From NCBI GenBank assembly GCA_002633005.1, contig NMRA01000005.1:1975048-2039047 (forward strand): a DNA stretch of 64,000 bases. The letters run 5' to 3'. The position numbers were made by a program, and so were the translations under genes. Shown in pieces: positions 1 to 11,480 of this stretch (its first letter is position 1; each line of letters begins with the position of its first letter). Below the pieces are notes generated by a model, which saw nothing but the letters and a program-made list of their open reading frames with translations, was not told where the DNA came from and made no database searches. The DNA comes from Phoronis australis (taxonomy: Eukaryota > Animalia > Phoronida).

Positions 1-1051
1 CCTCGAGTAAAGAAGGCGGGCACCATCACACTAGGCCACACTGCCTCCTCAAATCAACTAATTACTATTTATTGCCTAACCCACTTGTCTTTTGTTCATT
101 GACTAAGGTGTTTTTGTGCGGAGCCGTGTCGCGCTTATGTCTGTTATGGGTTCTTTGGAATCAATCGCCACTGGTGTTCAGTGCTACGAGTATCGGAGAT
201 AAGAACAAAATGACAACTGCACAGTTTTCATTTCGTGTCTATAAAAATCTAAGGCGAAGAAAATATAAGCATTTCAAAATAGTAAACCATTCATTATTAT
301 GTAACCACCCATTCTCTGAAATCCCTGTTTCTAAAGACGTGTACTTGCTCTACACTGCAGAAAGCAGGTATACTTTAAAACCACATCTCAAGTTTAGTCG
401 AAAATACAGTTAAACTTCTCATAAAGTTGTATATCCCACCGAAAGTGATCTCTAAAATTTTTCTGACCGCTGTAAGTCTTAATTCACGCTGCCTTGGAAA
501 ACATTCAGGGCACTTACGAGCAAAAAACACCTCTCTTCAGAAAGTCCCTGGCCTAGTCAACCCTTTCAGTACTTTCTCCTTCAAATATTCCATCACAGGT
601 CATCTCACAGTTCCAGCTGAATGCTGAAACCTATGTTACCATGGCAAGGGGGATTGTTAAGCACTGTTCAACAGGCTAATAACAATGTTTCTTCATTTCA
701 CTTTAAGCATTACCAGGGGGAAAGCGAATGCAATGAATAAACCCAACGGTTAGACATATTGTCAAATTTCAACACTTGTGAAGTGTGCCGCCCTTGAACA
801 ACAGCGCCTACGGAAGTGAGTTCACAGCCAATCCCTTTGCTTGCAACCGAATCTGCATATCTGTATTGAATCAGTTTAGCAGTGAAATCACGGCGTTGTC
901 GAGACTTAGGGGCCCGAGTTATTTCCACTACTCCATTATAGAATTGGAAAGATAAAAGTTCTACAGCACAAATACTTCTCCCAGTGTGTTTTAAAACCTT
1001 TTGTAGAGCAAATGATGTCATTTTCCGATGGAAACGAAAAGTCTATGACGC

Positions 1052-1063
1052 ACTTTCGCTTTC
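1052..1063 (-). promoter_or_regulatory. ISRE/IRF-type motif GAAAGCGAAAGT (further GAAA half-sites at ~1030 and ~1105; kB-like GGGAACTTTC at 1310-1319)
   Basis: Matches the IRF consensus GAAANNGAAA(G/C)T; short motif, target gene unknown. Confidence 0.3.
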
Positions 1064-2439
1064 GATTTTGTTTATAGCCACAATAGTCCTTACCAAACTT
1101 GACCGAAACGCGAAAGCAAAGATAATGAAACCGCAGCAAGTCCGTATATCGACTAGACATTTTTTATCATATGTTTGCTTCAAAACTTTGTAAATTCATC
1201 GTGAGATGTAATCACTTTTAAATTCAACATGTACTAATATTGCTGCCCGTTTCAAGGTTTGCGTACATTGCGACTACAACACACGGCAACAGGTTTTAGT
1301 CACTGACTAGAAAGTTCCCTATTCATTAGAACTTAAGACATCTTACTGTTCCTTGGACTATCCCCTGCTCAGTCGTCAGAAAAATGTCAGATGTGTTGAT
1401 TTCGGCAGCGTTTATCATTGTCGGAGGGCACCGCCGGGCTGGAAAACCCGGGCAAAACACCTCGTCATGACGGACCCGCCGATGCTGTGTCAACTTTGTT
1501 ATTTGCACCCTAATGCACTGTATCGCGCAAGTATATAGTACAGGGCTCTATTCAGTAGAAATAAAGAGCGAAAGGGTAATTTCAATTGTTCATTTGTTTT
1601 CGTGCACCAAAGCCGCACTCACGCCGGTATAATAGTGTACAATAAGTAGCTTTCACGGAAAGGGTTTTGAAAAACTTTATTGCCTTTTCAAGTGGAAATT
1701 AGGGCGAAAAAGCGTTTGGGCCAGATAACAAATGTACACCATAAGCGATATGATAAGGCACAACTTGTAGGTCAGGTGATATAGATGATAAGGGAGCAGC
1801 TTCTGCCCTATTCTGGCGTTGGCTCAGTGTGTAACTCAATTAGCATGTGTGATTTGAATTCTTGAAAGAAGGGCAGTACCTTATTCCAGTATGTTATAGA
1901 TGTTCAGAGTCTGTGCCCAGTTGCATGAAGCAGTCCAAAACAGGAACTCAACTAAATTATCAAAGTCTACATGTGTCTTTCCTTTGCTCACAAGTTAGAC
2001 GATTTTCTGTCGTTCTATTTACATGTATATTGTGAGGTCCTCTTTAAAACTGAAGTGACATTTTCTAATAGTATATTTAAAACCTGAGCACTTATTGTTG
2101 GCGATTTCATAAAATCAATTTAGTCCAATTCCAGGGTGCGAAAGCACAGTCTTTAAAATACATTAGTTATAAATATTTGGCGTTTTGACTAGAGAATACT
2201 GTTCATTTAGAAATAATTTTGGTTCCAGGGAAACTTAAGTTTGCAAAGCATAACAAGCTATCGTATACACGAGTGTAATACAATACATACAGACATCTTT
2301 GTTCAATCTGTCCCGACTGACACATCTCGCCCACTGTGTCTTATAGGGTTTAACATAGTCTTTGCATTCCGATTAGGACAAACGCAATCCCACAACGAAA
2401 CTGATAACAAAAATACACTAATTACAATTACGAGGAAAG

Positions 2440-2700
2440 AGGTATCAGCAAATACAATTGCACAATTGAGACAACTGGCTTTCGAGAGTTTGTCACACCG
2501 CACACTTTATTTTCCAAATTTCTGTTGCAGTTCATTTACTTGTCGCGTGATTTCGATCAAACATGGATTACACGAGAAACTCGTGTACCCGGTGCGGCAA
2601 GTATTGCGTCCTCACCCGTCTTCGTCTCGTGAGACTGTAGTGGAAGTTCGTGAGTTTCAGCTGAAACAATTAGGGCGGCGTTACATTAACACCCATACAT
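2440..2700 (+). mobile_element. Possible highly degenerate Tc1/mariner transposase 3' relic
   Basis: ORF text 'ANTIAQLRQLAFESLSHRTLYFPNF' resembles mariner 'T..L.ELG.E.L.HPPYSPDL'; 'ttacattaacaccc' resembles a mariner TIR end. Confidence 0.3.
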
Positions 2701-2817
2701 TATGATTAACATGCTTTGGAGGGGGAGGCACGGCCTTTGGAAAGTGGCAGGAAGAGGGGGTTTAAGTCATCAGCAAGTCGCCATGGAGAGGGACAAGGAG
2801 TGATAGAGGAAGAGACG

Positions 2818-3511
2818 NNNNNNNNNNNNNNNNNNNNNNNNNNNNNNNNNNNNNNNNNNNNNNNNNNNNNNNNNNNNNNNNNNNNNNNNNNNNNNNNNNN
2901 NNNNNNNNNNNNNNNNNNNNNNNNNNNNNNNNNNNNNNNNNNNNNNNNNNNNNNNNNNNNNNNNNNNNNNNNNNNNNNNNNNNNNNNNNNNNNNNNNNNN
3001 NNNNNNNNNNNNNNNNNNNNNNNNNNNNNNNNNNNNNNNNNNNNNNNNNNNNNNNNNNNNNNNNNNNNNNNNNNNNNNNNNNNNNNNNNNNNNNNNNNNN
3101 NNNNNNNNNNNNNNNNNNNNNNNNNNNNNNNNNNNNNNNNNNNNNNNNNNNNNNNNNNNNNNNNNNNNNNNNNNNNNNNNNNNNNNNNNNNNNNNNNNNN
3201 NNNNNNNNNNNNNNNNNNNNNNNNNNNNNNNNNNNNNNNNNNNNNNNNNNNNNNNNNNNNNNNNNNNNNNNNNNNNNNNNNNNNNNNNNNNNNNNNNNNN
3301 NNNNNNNNNNNNNNNNNNNNNNNNNNNNNNNNNNNNNNNNNNNNNNNNNNNNNNNNNNNNNNNNNNNNNNNNNNNNNNNNNNNNNNNNNNNNNNNNNNNN
3401 NNNNNNNNNNNNNNNNNNNNNNNNNNNNNNNNNNNNNNNNNNNNNNNNNNNNNNNNNNNNNNNNNNNNNNNNNNNNNNNNNNNNNNNNNNNNNNNNNNNN
3501 NNNNNNNNNNN
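2818..3511. other. Assembly gap (694 N)
   Basis: Run of n. Confidence 1.
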
Positions 3512-3993
3512 AAGAAAAAAACACAACGAAACGAGAGAAACTTTAAAAGGCCATTCGTCAACTACACGTGCTTGGTGGAATTAACTGGTAATTTTCTAGT
3601 TTTTTAGTGATATAGCCATTCACATTAAGATTACCTATTTAACAGGTGTGTCTCAGAGGTACGTCCCGAGGTCATTGCATAAATCTTCATGTACCTTCGA
3701 CTATTCACAAATTATTTGAAAACACACACCGTGTTCATGTAAAGCACAGAATACGCAACATCAAGACATACACAAGGCCCAAATAAGCAAAATGTGAGAT
3801 TGCACTGAAAAAAAAAAACAAAATCGATTTCACTGACTGCCATCGAAGGAATGGAAATTTGAGGATCTTATAAATAAAATAGTTTGTGACTTACCGAAAG
3901 TAAATATTTTGAATGGTTTTAAAACCATAAAATCTCCAAAAATTCCAAGAATAGTATTCCTTGTTAAGATAGTTGTTGGTGAAGAGGAAGTTG

Positions 3994-4067
3994 TTAGACA
4001 GAAATTCGTACAAGTCGATCAGAGTGTGAAGGCATGACTTTATAAAGACTGTGTACAGTGTTCATGT
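3994..4067 (-). CDS. Candidate terminal coding exon of the TIR/SEFIR-DD-CARD gene ((N)MNTVHSLYKVMPSHSDRLVRISV*)
   Basis: Acceptor ttaatctgttag|AC, phase 1 compatible with the donor at 5809; no domain signal. Confidence 0.3.
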
Positions 4068-4329
4068 CTAACAGATTAAGTACATGTACAGACTATCGTA
4101 AACGAGAAGATTTCAGCGAATTTTGAAATGCAAGTTTAAACAGAATTCTCGTTAACAGGATTAAATTCTGAATATGTTCTCCAGGTAACTGCTCGCATGA
4201 TTACAACATTATATACATTGAATTAAGGAATTTCAAATAAAATGTGTAACTCACGAACCTCCAGTTAACTCAAATAACTACCGATTTGAGTCCAACACAA
4301 ATTCTTTTCCTTGAGGTTTTGCAACTAGG

Positions 4330-4708
4330 TAGCACAACATCCAAGAGACGTAACAAACAACCAAACAATCACTAGCTATATTTCGAGAGTGCATTTCTCA
4401 TCAACAGGCAATAAGTGAAATGCGAAATAAACAGTGAAATACACGTGACAGCGGGAAGAAGGACGTACAAGCAGAGAGTGTGAATGCAACACACAGTAGG
4501 AAGCCCACAAGCCTACCGCATGCTGGCTGTATTTCTATAGGCTTGTGGGCTTCCTGCCGTGTGTTACATTCATAGTCTCTGCTTGTATGCCGCTCTTCCC
4601 ACTGTCACGTGTACTTCCCTTCGTATATGTTCATTCCACTTATGCAGTCTCGAAATGTAGCTAGTGTTTTAATTTGTTTGTTTGTTGTGTCTCTCTGTGT
4701 TTTGCTAT
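4330..4708. repeat. Long imperfect fold-back (arms ~180 bp, loop ~20 nt), MITE-like
   Basis: aggaagcccacaagccta / taggcttgtgggcttcct; acacgtgacagcgggaaga / tcttcccactgtcacgtgt; actagctatatttcgaga / tctcgaaatgtagctagt. Confidence 0.85.
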
Positions 4709-5808
4709 ATTGCTGCACACCTGAAGAAAATAGAATGTTTGGACACTACAAGCGATTCCGTATCAAGCTGTCAAACGAAAAGTTTAATCGTGTTTTCAAA
4801 TAACTTCTACACATTACCTACAAAAATCGACAGATTCATAGATGCTTTTTTGACAATTAGATGCTAATTTGGTAAGAAATTTTGTGATGTTAGATACATG
4901 GTGAACTTTCGACCACCCACAGAAAAGTACACCAAATAAATTTTGCCAGTCTGATATAACCTTGTAGAAATTTAGTGCTTCAACAAAATTTGACGTGGGT
5001 TGATGAAATTTCGGACGTTCTACATAATTTGCAGCCACCGGAAACTCATATAATATCCGTGTTTCGACAAGTTATTCTGGAACAGCCCGCAATGTAGTGT
5101 ATTAGGGACCCCGGAATCCCACTCTGTACCTTCAAAGCATGATCGTAAAAAGGTAGGCCCTTCAATTAAATTTTGATATTAGGCCTCATTTTCGCTCGCA
5201 GAAATAGATTAAAATACAACCGAAGTTTCCGATAAAATGCTCTTCGAGTCCTTCTCAATTCCAAGCTCAGTGGTGATTCCATTTCTTCATGTATTTCTCC
5301 GGATTTTGCAGTGCGGTAGTAAAACATTTTGGAAACCTCAACGTTAAAATCATATCCTGAGCTCTTAACGCACCTACAGTAATGCGTCCAGGTCTAAAAG
5401 CGACCTGTTTTTTGTAAAAGTTTGTTGAAGATAGGGCACTCAAGTTTGTATTGGTTGCATCCCCCGTGGTCTGCTAAACCAAATTGCAAAGTCTGCATGC
5501 TTGGGGAGGGGCCGAAATTGACGACGACCTTGAAGAGGAGGCGGAACAGGAGGCGATAGCGAGGAATCTAAAGTTTGGAACCACGAGGGAAGGGGCAAAA
5601 GTTTGGCTAAGTCAAATTAGTTTGTGCCCCCAATATTCTTTACCTTCCAACGGGCCTAAGTTCACTTGCCATTGGGTCTTGTGCAGCTAACATTAGGCCT
5701 ACTTTTTACATCCAACACGCGTTTTTGAATGACGTATCTTGGTTCAATTTTCCTTGCGCATACGCGTCATCGAATGAGTGCATGTGGTTTCAAAGGATGT
5801 CAACTCAC

Positions 5809-5977
5809 TTTTAATGTCAATCCTATGGTGTTCCTCGTCTAAAGAATCTAAATTCATTTCCGTCATTATAAGCTTGTCTGACACGTGTTTTTGACCTTCG
5901 TCATCGGCTAGAAACTTGAGTAGATCGAAGTAACATCTGTGTTCCCTTGTTAGCAGAATATCAACCAGATAGTCAAC
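5809..5977 (-). CDS. Exon encoding C-terminal half of CARD (VDYLVDILLTREHRCYFDLLKFLADDEGQKHVSDKL...)
   Basis: Acceptor cattttctag|GTT (phase 0), donor AAA A|GTGAGT (phase 1); completes CARD helices 4-6 in frame with exon 7876-8042. Confidence 0.85.
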
Positions 5978-6289
5978 CTAGAAAATGTAGACACAACGTA
6001 AATTTAATGACTGAAGTAACGTTATCGGGGAAAGCTGACAGAAGGATATCGTGATAGCCTTTTTTGGCAAACAAAATGGTCTACGGGCTCATCAGAACCT
6101 ACATCTTCATCTGTATCTACTCAGTCATTGTATGTGTTTAAGGCTCAATTAAATTTCTTTGAACGTTATTTTATTTAATTTTATTTTATAAAATTCTTGT
6201 ACTTCTTTGTTTTCAGGAGATCACAAGTTTCGTACTTAGCATGCTTTATCCTCTATAAAGAAAGTTATTTGTTTATCTATCGATTTTTC

Positions 6290-6342
6290 AATTTATCTAT
6301 CTATCTACAATGTATCTATCTATTTATCAGTCCGTCTGTCTA

Positions 6343-6400
<58 letters not shown>

Positions 6401-6411
6401 CGTCTGTCTGT
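6290..6411. repeat. Compound (TCTA)n/(TCTG)n microsatellite
   Basis: Direct inspection. Confidence 0.95.
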
Positions 6412-7875
6412 CATCAGGAAATATTGTTGTCATGGAGAGGATGAAGTTCCTTAGTTGCATGCAAAGCACTAGAGCGGCAATAAACTACATCTACAGAATT
6501 TTCAGAGAGAGTGCTTGGAGCGAAGTCCACTAGCTCCTGAGCAGTCACCAGGTGGCGAGACCGGCTCCCAGTCAGCTCATCAAGAACTGCCAACAACAAG
6601 TCATGGAGATCAAAGACGCTTGGTGAGTCCGCGTAGAAGTAATCTAGCAAAGAATCGTTTTATATCGAGATTATAAGGGTTTGAAACTTTATGTAGAAAG
6701 TCTATAGTTGATATTGCACTAAGATGAGTTATGAGAATGTCACTTGAGTGGATGCACCGAAGAATATTACAGTATTTTAATCACGGATATTCCTTAACGG
6801 ACAGTCGAATGGTAGTTTGATTTTCAAAGTCATGTAAAAGCAATTGGGCAACTTAAGAAAATTTGCAGTTGCGTGAATCATAAAAAAGAAATGCCTATTC
6901 AAAAAGGTTACATCCTCTTTCTACATTTTGTATTTCGTATTACATTTGCTCCCCATGAAAATAAGATTGCCGTAAGCTAAGGCAGTTACTAGGTCCATTG
7001 GCCGCGGACAGCCCTTCGAAAATCTGGGTTATCGGATAAATTTACGAGCAATAAAAATAGCAGAAATGAGCCTCCAGTTATCAACAGGATAAACAGTTAC
7101 TTGGCATCGCTTTTGATGCACACCATTACAATACAGTATCATGTTTCTTTACCTCCAGGTGGTAACATGTGAAGATAACTCTGACCGGCTAACATTAAGA
7201 TGATACACACTAGCTTGGTACATATACGCCCTCATATACACAGAGCAGTATGGCCGGACTACGTACCTTCAGCATATAAGCAAGCACATAATCCGTTACA
7301 ACTGACTATAGCACTCTTGAAAGCCATGACACGGAAGATATCATGAGGCCGGTAACAGCAAATAAAGTATTTGGTAGAACAGTGCTACTGTGAAATGCTT
7401 ACCAGCGCAGTACAAAGTTAACAGAGTCTCACAATTGAAGATATCCTGCAGTTTTAAAATATTTTAATGCCACATATTTTGGTCTTTTTTCCTATTCAAC
7501 AAATCTTCGAAAAACGTAAGTATCTCCGAATTGTTTAATTAGTGTTTACTGCAACCAAAAGCGTAGTGGGATGAAATCGCCACTCCTGGGCGTCATTCCT
7601 AAAAGGGGTCTGGAAAGGGTGGCACAAGATGCCAGAGACGGCAAATAGTGGTGACGTCTAGACTAAGGAGGGAGGGGCACCACGACATTGGTAACGACCC
7701 GGGCAGGGCGACGCAAATGAGTTTGACCTGATACACTGTTATCTTTAGAGTGTCACGGCGCTAATTCTATACCTGCCTCGTTTTTGTGAAATCCTCGAAA
7801 TTGAACTTTTAGTTGAATTAAGAGGTATTTTCACACCCAATGGACATTATTTCTGTACATAACTCGTTCAAATAC

Positions 7876-8042
7876 CTGAGACATCGTAGTGCTTCGCCCG
7901 AGCACATTAAATTTGTGCGTGTCTTCAATAATGCCTAAGGATTGCAGATGTATGCATAGACCCTCTATGGCACACAGCTCGTCTGCCAAGTATGGACGAT
8001 TGATGTTGAGCACTCGCTTTAGCCGCTCATCCATCTCTTGAA
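7876..8042 (-). CDS. Exon encoding N-terminal half of CARD (QEMDERLKRVLNINRPYLADELCAIEGLCIHLQSLGIIEDTHKFNVLGRSTTMSQ)
   Basis: Acceptor aattttcag|TT (phase 1), donor CAG|GTATTT (phase 0); 'M....+..L..NR..L...L......L....I.........T' CARD pattern. Confidence 0.85.
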
Positions 8043-9034
8043 CTGAAAATTTAGAATGAAAAGATGAACAGAACTCAGGTTTCTACTAAAAATGATATGG
8101 TAACTGAACTTAAGAAAAACTAAATATTACAATAAATAGCAATTGGCTACTTTCCTATCCAAGAACTCAAATCTTCAATAGCATTCTAACTATTAATTTC
8201 AGACCTACAAAACTATAAAATTTTAAAATCTGATGATAACGAAGGAAGCCTGTTAGCTTAACATGTTATTGCTGACTTGAGCTTAAAGAAAAAGACCCAC
8301 CCTGATCTCGCGTATGTCGCTCTAGAGACCGTCTTTGAAATATCTATGACGTAATATCATTGACGTCAACGTACGGGCTGCTCTCGTGAACAAGAAACAA
8401 TAGATGTGAGACGTCGTATCAACACTGAATCGACGTTAGCGTACCCGCTGTGTTTCAAATTGATCGAATCACTGATTTTTCAAAATCACCAAAATTGTCT
8501 AGCGTGTGCGCCCGACGTCTTTTAGCCGTAAAACGAGGTCCGTTAGAGAGATTGGTGTGTCCTGGCGTCTGTTCATAATATAAGTCCACGAGCACATGGT
8601 CACTCCACAAGCATAAAATCAGTCTTCGAACACTTAGTCAGCCAGTCAGTTCATCAATTACGATTCTTTGGTCCAGGCTTCCCAAGGAAGGACTTAAGAC
8701 TGATACGCATTACCGTACCGTGGCGTTGAAATTGGTAATGTTGGTATAGAAACAAGAAAAGGAGTTCCTAACTACATCACATTACCAATCCCACGCTGCT
8801 TCCAGAAAATTTAAACGAAGTAATGTTTTTAATGGGTCTAAACGTGATTGTTTTAAAGCGAGCATGATTTTTTTAGCCAGTCAGTATATAGAATCGTTTA
8901 AATGCCACAAGGTAAGCTCATTTGGTTGCGTCGTATTTTCATATACTATCACTTTGGTTTCGAATTTGACAATGTCACACTAGATTACGTTATTGAATAT
9001 AACAACTAATATGTGAGTAAGCTCCCATCTTAGT

Positions 9035-9153
9035 CACAGGCGCTTGGGTTTATCTGTTCCTCGATCACAAATGACGTCACTCACTACTACATGTAAGAAA
9101 ACATATGTTTCTTATATATGGTTATGAGTGATCTGGAAATCTGAGCGCCTGTG
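9035..9153 (+). mobile_element. Internally deleted (119 bp) copy of the P-like non-autonomous element
   Basis: Termini CACAGGCGCT...AGCGCCTGTG; 8-bp TSD ATCTTAGT/ATCCTAGT; both ends match the 52304-53255 copy. Confidence 0.85.
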
Positions 9154-9334
9154 ATCCTAGTAAAGAACACTGGCAAAATGGCCGACGCAAAGAAATAATT
9201 AGACAGCAGGCTAGGTCAGCGATACTGTTTCTGTTTCATAAGTTACAGTTTCTCACCACAGGTACCTCGCGACGGTCTACCGTTACCAAACAGTCCACAG
9301 ATTGTTCCAAACAAGCCTGCTTAATTAGTCCTAC

Positions 9335-9565
9335 CTTTGAGTGCAGGATTTCCCGACACTTCCAGCGCCTCGTTGAGTTTGGTATCACGAATCTCCCGTG
9401 AATCACCTGCTTGCTTTGAAACACAGTCCCAGTAGCAGAGACATTTGTACAAGACTTCGGTGTTCAATTCTTCACGTCTTACTTCCTCTCCGTAGATCCG
9501 TTCTACTTCGTCAATGATGCTGCTATCGGGGATGAGCGTTCTCAAAAACCGTCTAGTACGTACAC
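9335..9565 (-). CDS. Exon encoding most of a Death domain (VRTRRFLRTLIPDSSIIDEVERIY...EVLYKCLCYW...KLNEALEVSG)
   Basis: Acceptor ctgtttcag|GT, donor AAA G|GTAGGA, phase 1-1, 231 nt open; DD pattern 'R.L....ID.I...Y....E..Y..L..W.......L..AL...G'. Confidence 0.8.
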
Positions 9566-9837
9566 CTGAAACAGAACATGTCAAATTTTTGAAAGAGAGT
9601 GTCTAGAACTGGATAACACGTTGCGAAACAAAATATTTTAATGAGTTAATTCGAAATTCAAACTACCAATTTCTAAATCGGTAAAAGTTGACATGAAATC
9701 AGTGTCAGGCAAAATTAAAGGTGCACTCAAAAAGCGTACAACATTTATGGAGTTTGAAGCAAAAAGTAAACAAATTTGGTCCCCTACCCCTCAGCTTCGC
9801 AGGGGCCTCTGATAGGCCAGTGTGTCCAAATCTTTAA

Positions 9838-10280
9838 AGAGGCATGGAATGCGAAAGCCCATCAAAAATGTCTTTTAAACAATTCCTGACGAAAGTTCCA
9901 TCTCGTAACGACTAGTACAAATAATTCAGTTTCCTCTGTGAGGAAATTTTCCAAAAAAAATACAAAATTCACAATATTTGAAATACGATCGAAGGAAAAA
10001 CTCTGTGGTTACCACAGAATTTCTAACCTCCCTCACAGTCAGTTGCTTGAAGTCACATTTTCCATATAAGGGACATGTGCTACCTCTATGTATTGCTATA
10101 CCATACAAGAAGGCGTGATTTGCCTTGTGGGCGAAAAATAGTCGAAATGGCGAGCAGTTGGCAGGTCGTTTTTGAAATTTGCTTTGATATTAACATTTTT
10201 TTTACTTTTTTCTTTTCTTTCTCTGTACTGTGATTCTAATAAATTTATTATTTAACTAAATTATCGTGTTCCAGGCCTCT
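9838..10280 (+). mobile_element. Kolobok-like non-autonomous element (family also at 61287 and 63581)
   Basis: TTAA|AGAGGCATGG...CCAGGCCTCT|TTGA; internal 'aaaactctgtggttaccacaga' shared with the 61287-61809 copy. Confidence 0.75.
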
Positions 10281-10364
10281 TTGAAGCACACAGTGAAAAA
10301 AATATACTATCATACAGGTTTCGCCATTTACGAGCATTTTCATTTATGTTAAGTAAATACTTAC

Positions 10365-11480
10365 GAATGCGTTCAACAATTTTTGTGAAAAACTTTGTAC
10401 GCTCCTTGTCGAGGGTACAACGGACGACTTAGCGTCAATTGGTGGGAGGTGAAGATTTTTGTCCAATTTACCCAGAATTTCGTGTAGCATCTGGTGGCTT
10501 CTATCATTTCCGTCTTTTAAACATGATAAATCGGAGCAAATGACATCCAGTAAATTGGAAGACCCTGTGGTAGACTCAGCATCAATTGCAGTTTCTGGTT
10601 GTACATCGGTAATCGTATCCAGTAGATTGGTGGACTCTGGAGTAGAGTGCTCATCACTCACTGTTTCCGGTAGTTCATCGGTAATGATATCGATTAATTC
10701 GGTTGACTCTGGGGTAGACTGAACATCAATCACAGTTTCCGGTTGTCCATCGGTAGTCGTATCCAGTAGATCGATAGACTCCGGAGTAGAGTGAGCATTA
10801 CTCAATGTTTCCGGTAGTCCATCGATAATGGTATCGAAGAAATCGGTAACCTTTGGTGTAGACTCCTCATCATTCGTAGTTTTTAGAAGTCTACTGGCAG
10901 ATGGGTTGAAGTCCCGTGCCTTGATTGCGTTCTCATAACGCCAAGCCTTCTTCAGCTTACGACCACGTTTGTAGATCATTTCATGCAATTGGTCACAGAA
11001 CTCAACGCTCTTAGAAAAGCGAAGAAACTTTGCCTTGGGCACGCTATCCGACAAGGCAAAACCTATCTCTACTTCATCAGCGCCCGGCATCAGAAGAACT
11101 ATGACGTCCTTGCTGTTAGAGTTCCTGCCACTGTTGGTGAACTTTTGTATAAGTCCGATATACGTGCATGTTGTACAATGATCTTGGATATCAAATTTAT
11201 CCCACATAAGTACGACAGCTTGGCCACAGAAACCATGTATGGCTTCTTCATTGCTTCTAGTACGAGACTTGTTTGCACCCTTTAACTTCAAATCGTGATC
11301 CATAACGCTCACTCCCCATTCCGCGAATTGAAAAGCCATTAATACATGTTCGATAATGAAGTTGACGGCATCCTTCTTTGTAGCCTCTTCAGAAGCAGTC
11401 TTGAAATACTGAATAGATACCGACATATTTTCGTTCTCGACTTGACGCCATCTTCTTGACATCCTTGACATTGCTCCAGT
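10365..11480 (-). CDS. Large exon: TIR/SEFIR-like domain (~10970-11426), acidic 24-aa repeats, linker and start of Death domain; apparent 1-nt frameshift near 10413-10415
   Basis: Long ORF; acceptor atgctgcag|ACT, donor TTC|GTAAGT; alternating beta/alpha pattern VSIQY..GVSVMD..EAIHGFCGQAVVLM..KDVIVLLM..KFLRF..FCDQL matching a TIR/SEFIR layout. Confidence 0.75.
10530..10862 (-). repeat. Coding tandem repeat, 72 bp/24 aa x ~4.6 (STPES.DLLDT.TD..PET.....)
   Basis: STPKVTDFFDTIIDGLPETLSNAH / STPESIDLLDTTTDGQPETVIDVQ / STPESTELIDIITDELPETVSDEH / STPESTNLLDTITDVQPETAIDAE / STTGSSNLLDVICSD. Confidence 0.95.

Noticed and set aside
2706-3561. Long ORFs in the ORF track
   Set aside because: Artefacts of translating the N gap
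6414-6650. Minus-strand ORF as an extra exon of the adaptor
   Set aside because: It would interrupt the CARD, whose halves already join in phase; splice signals here are on the plus strand
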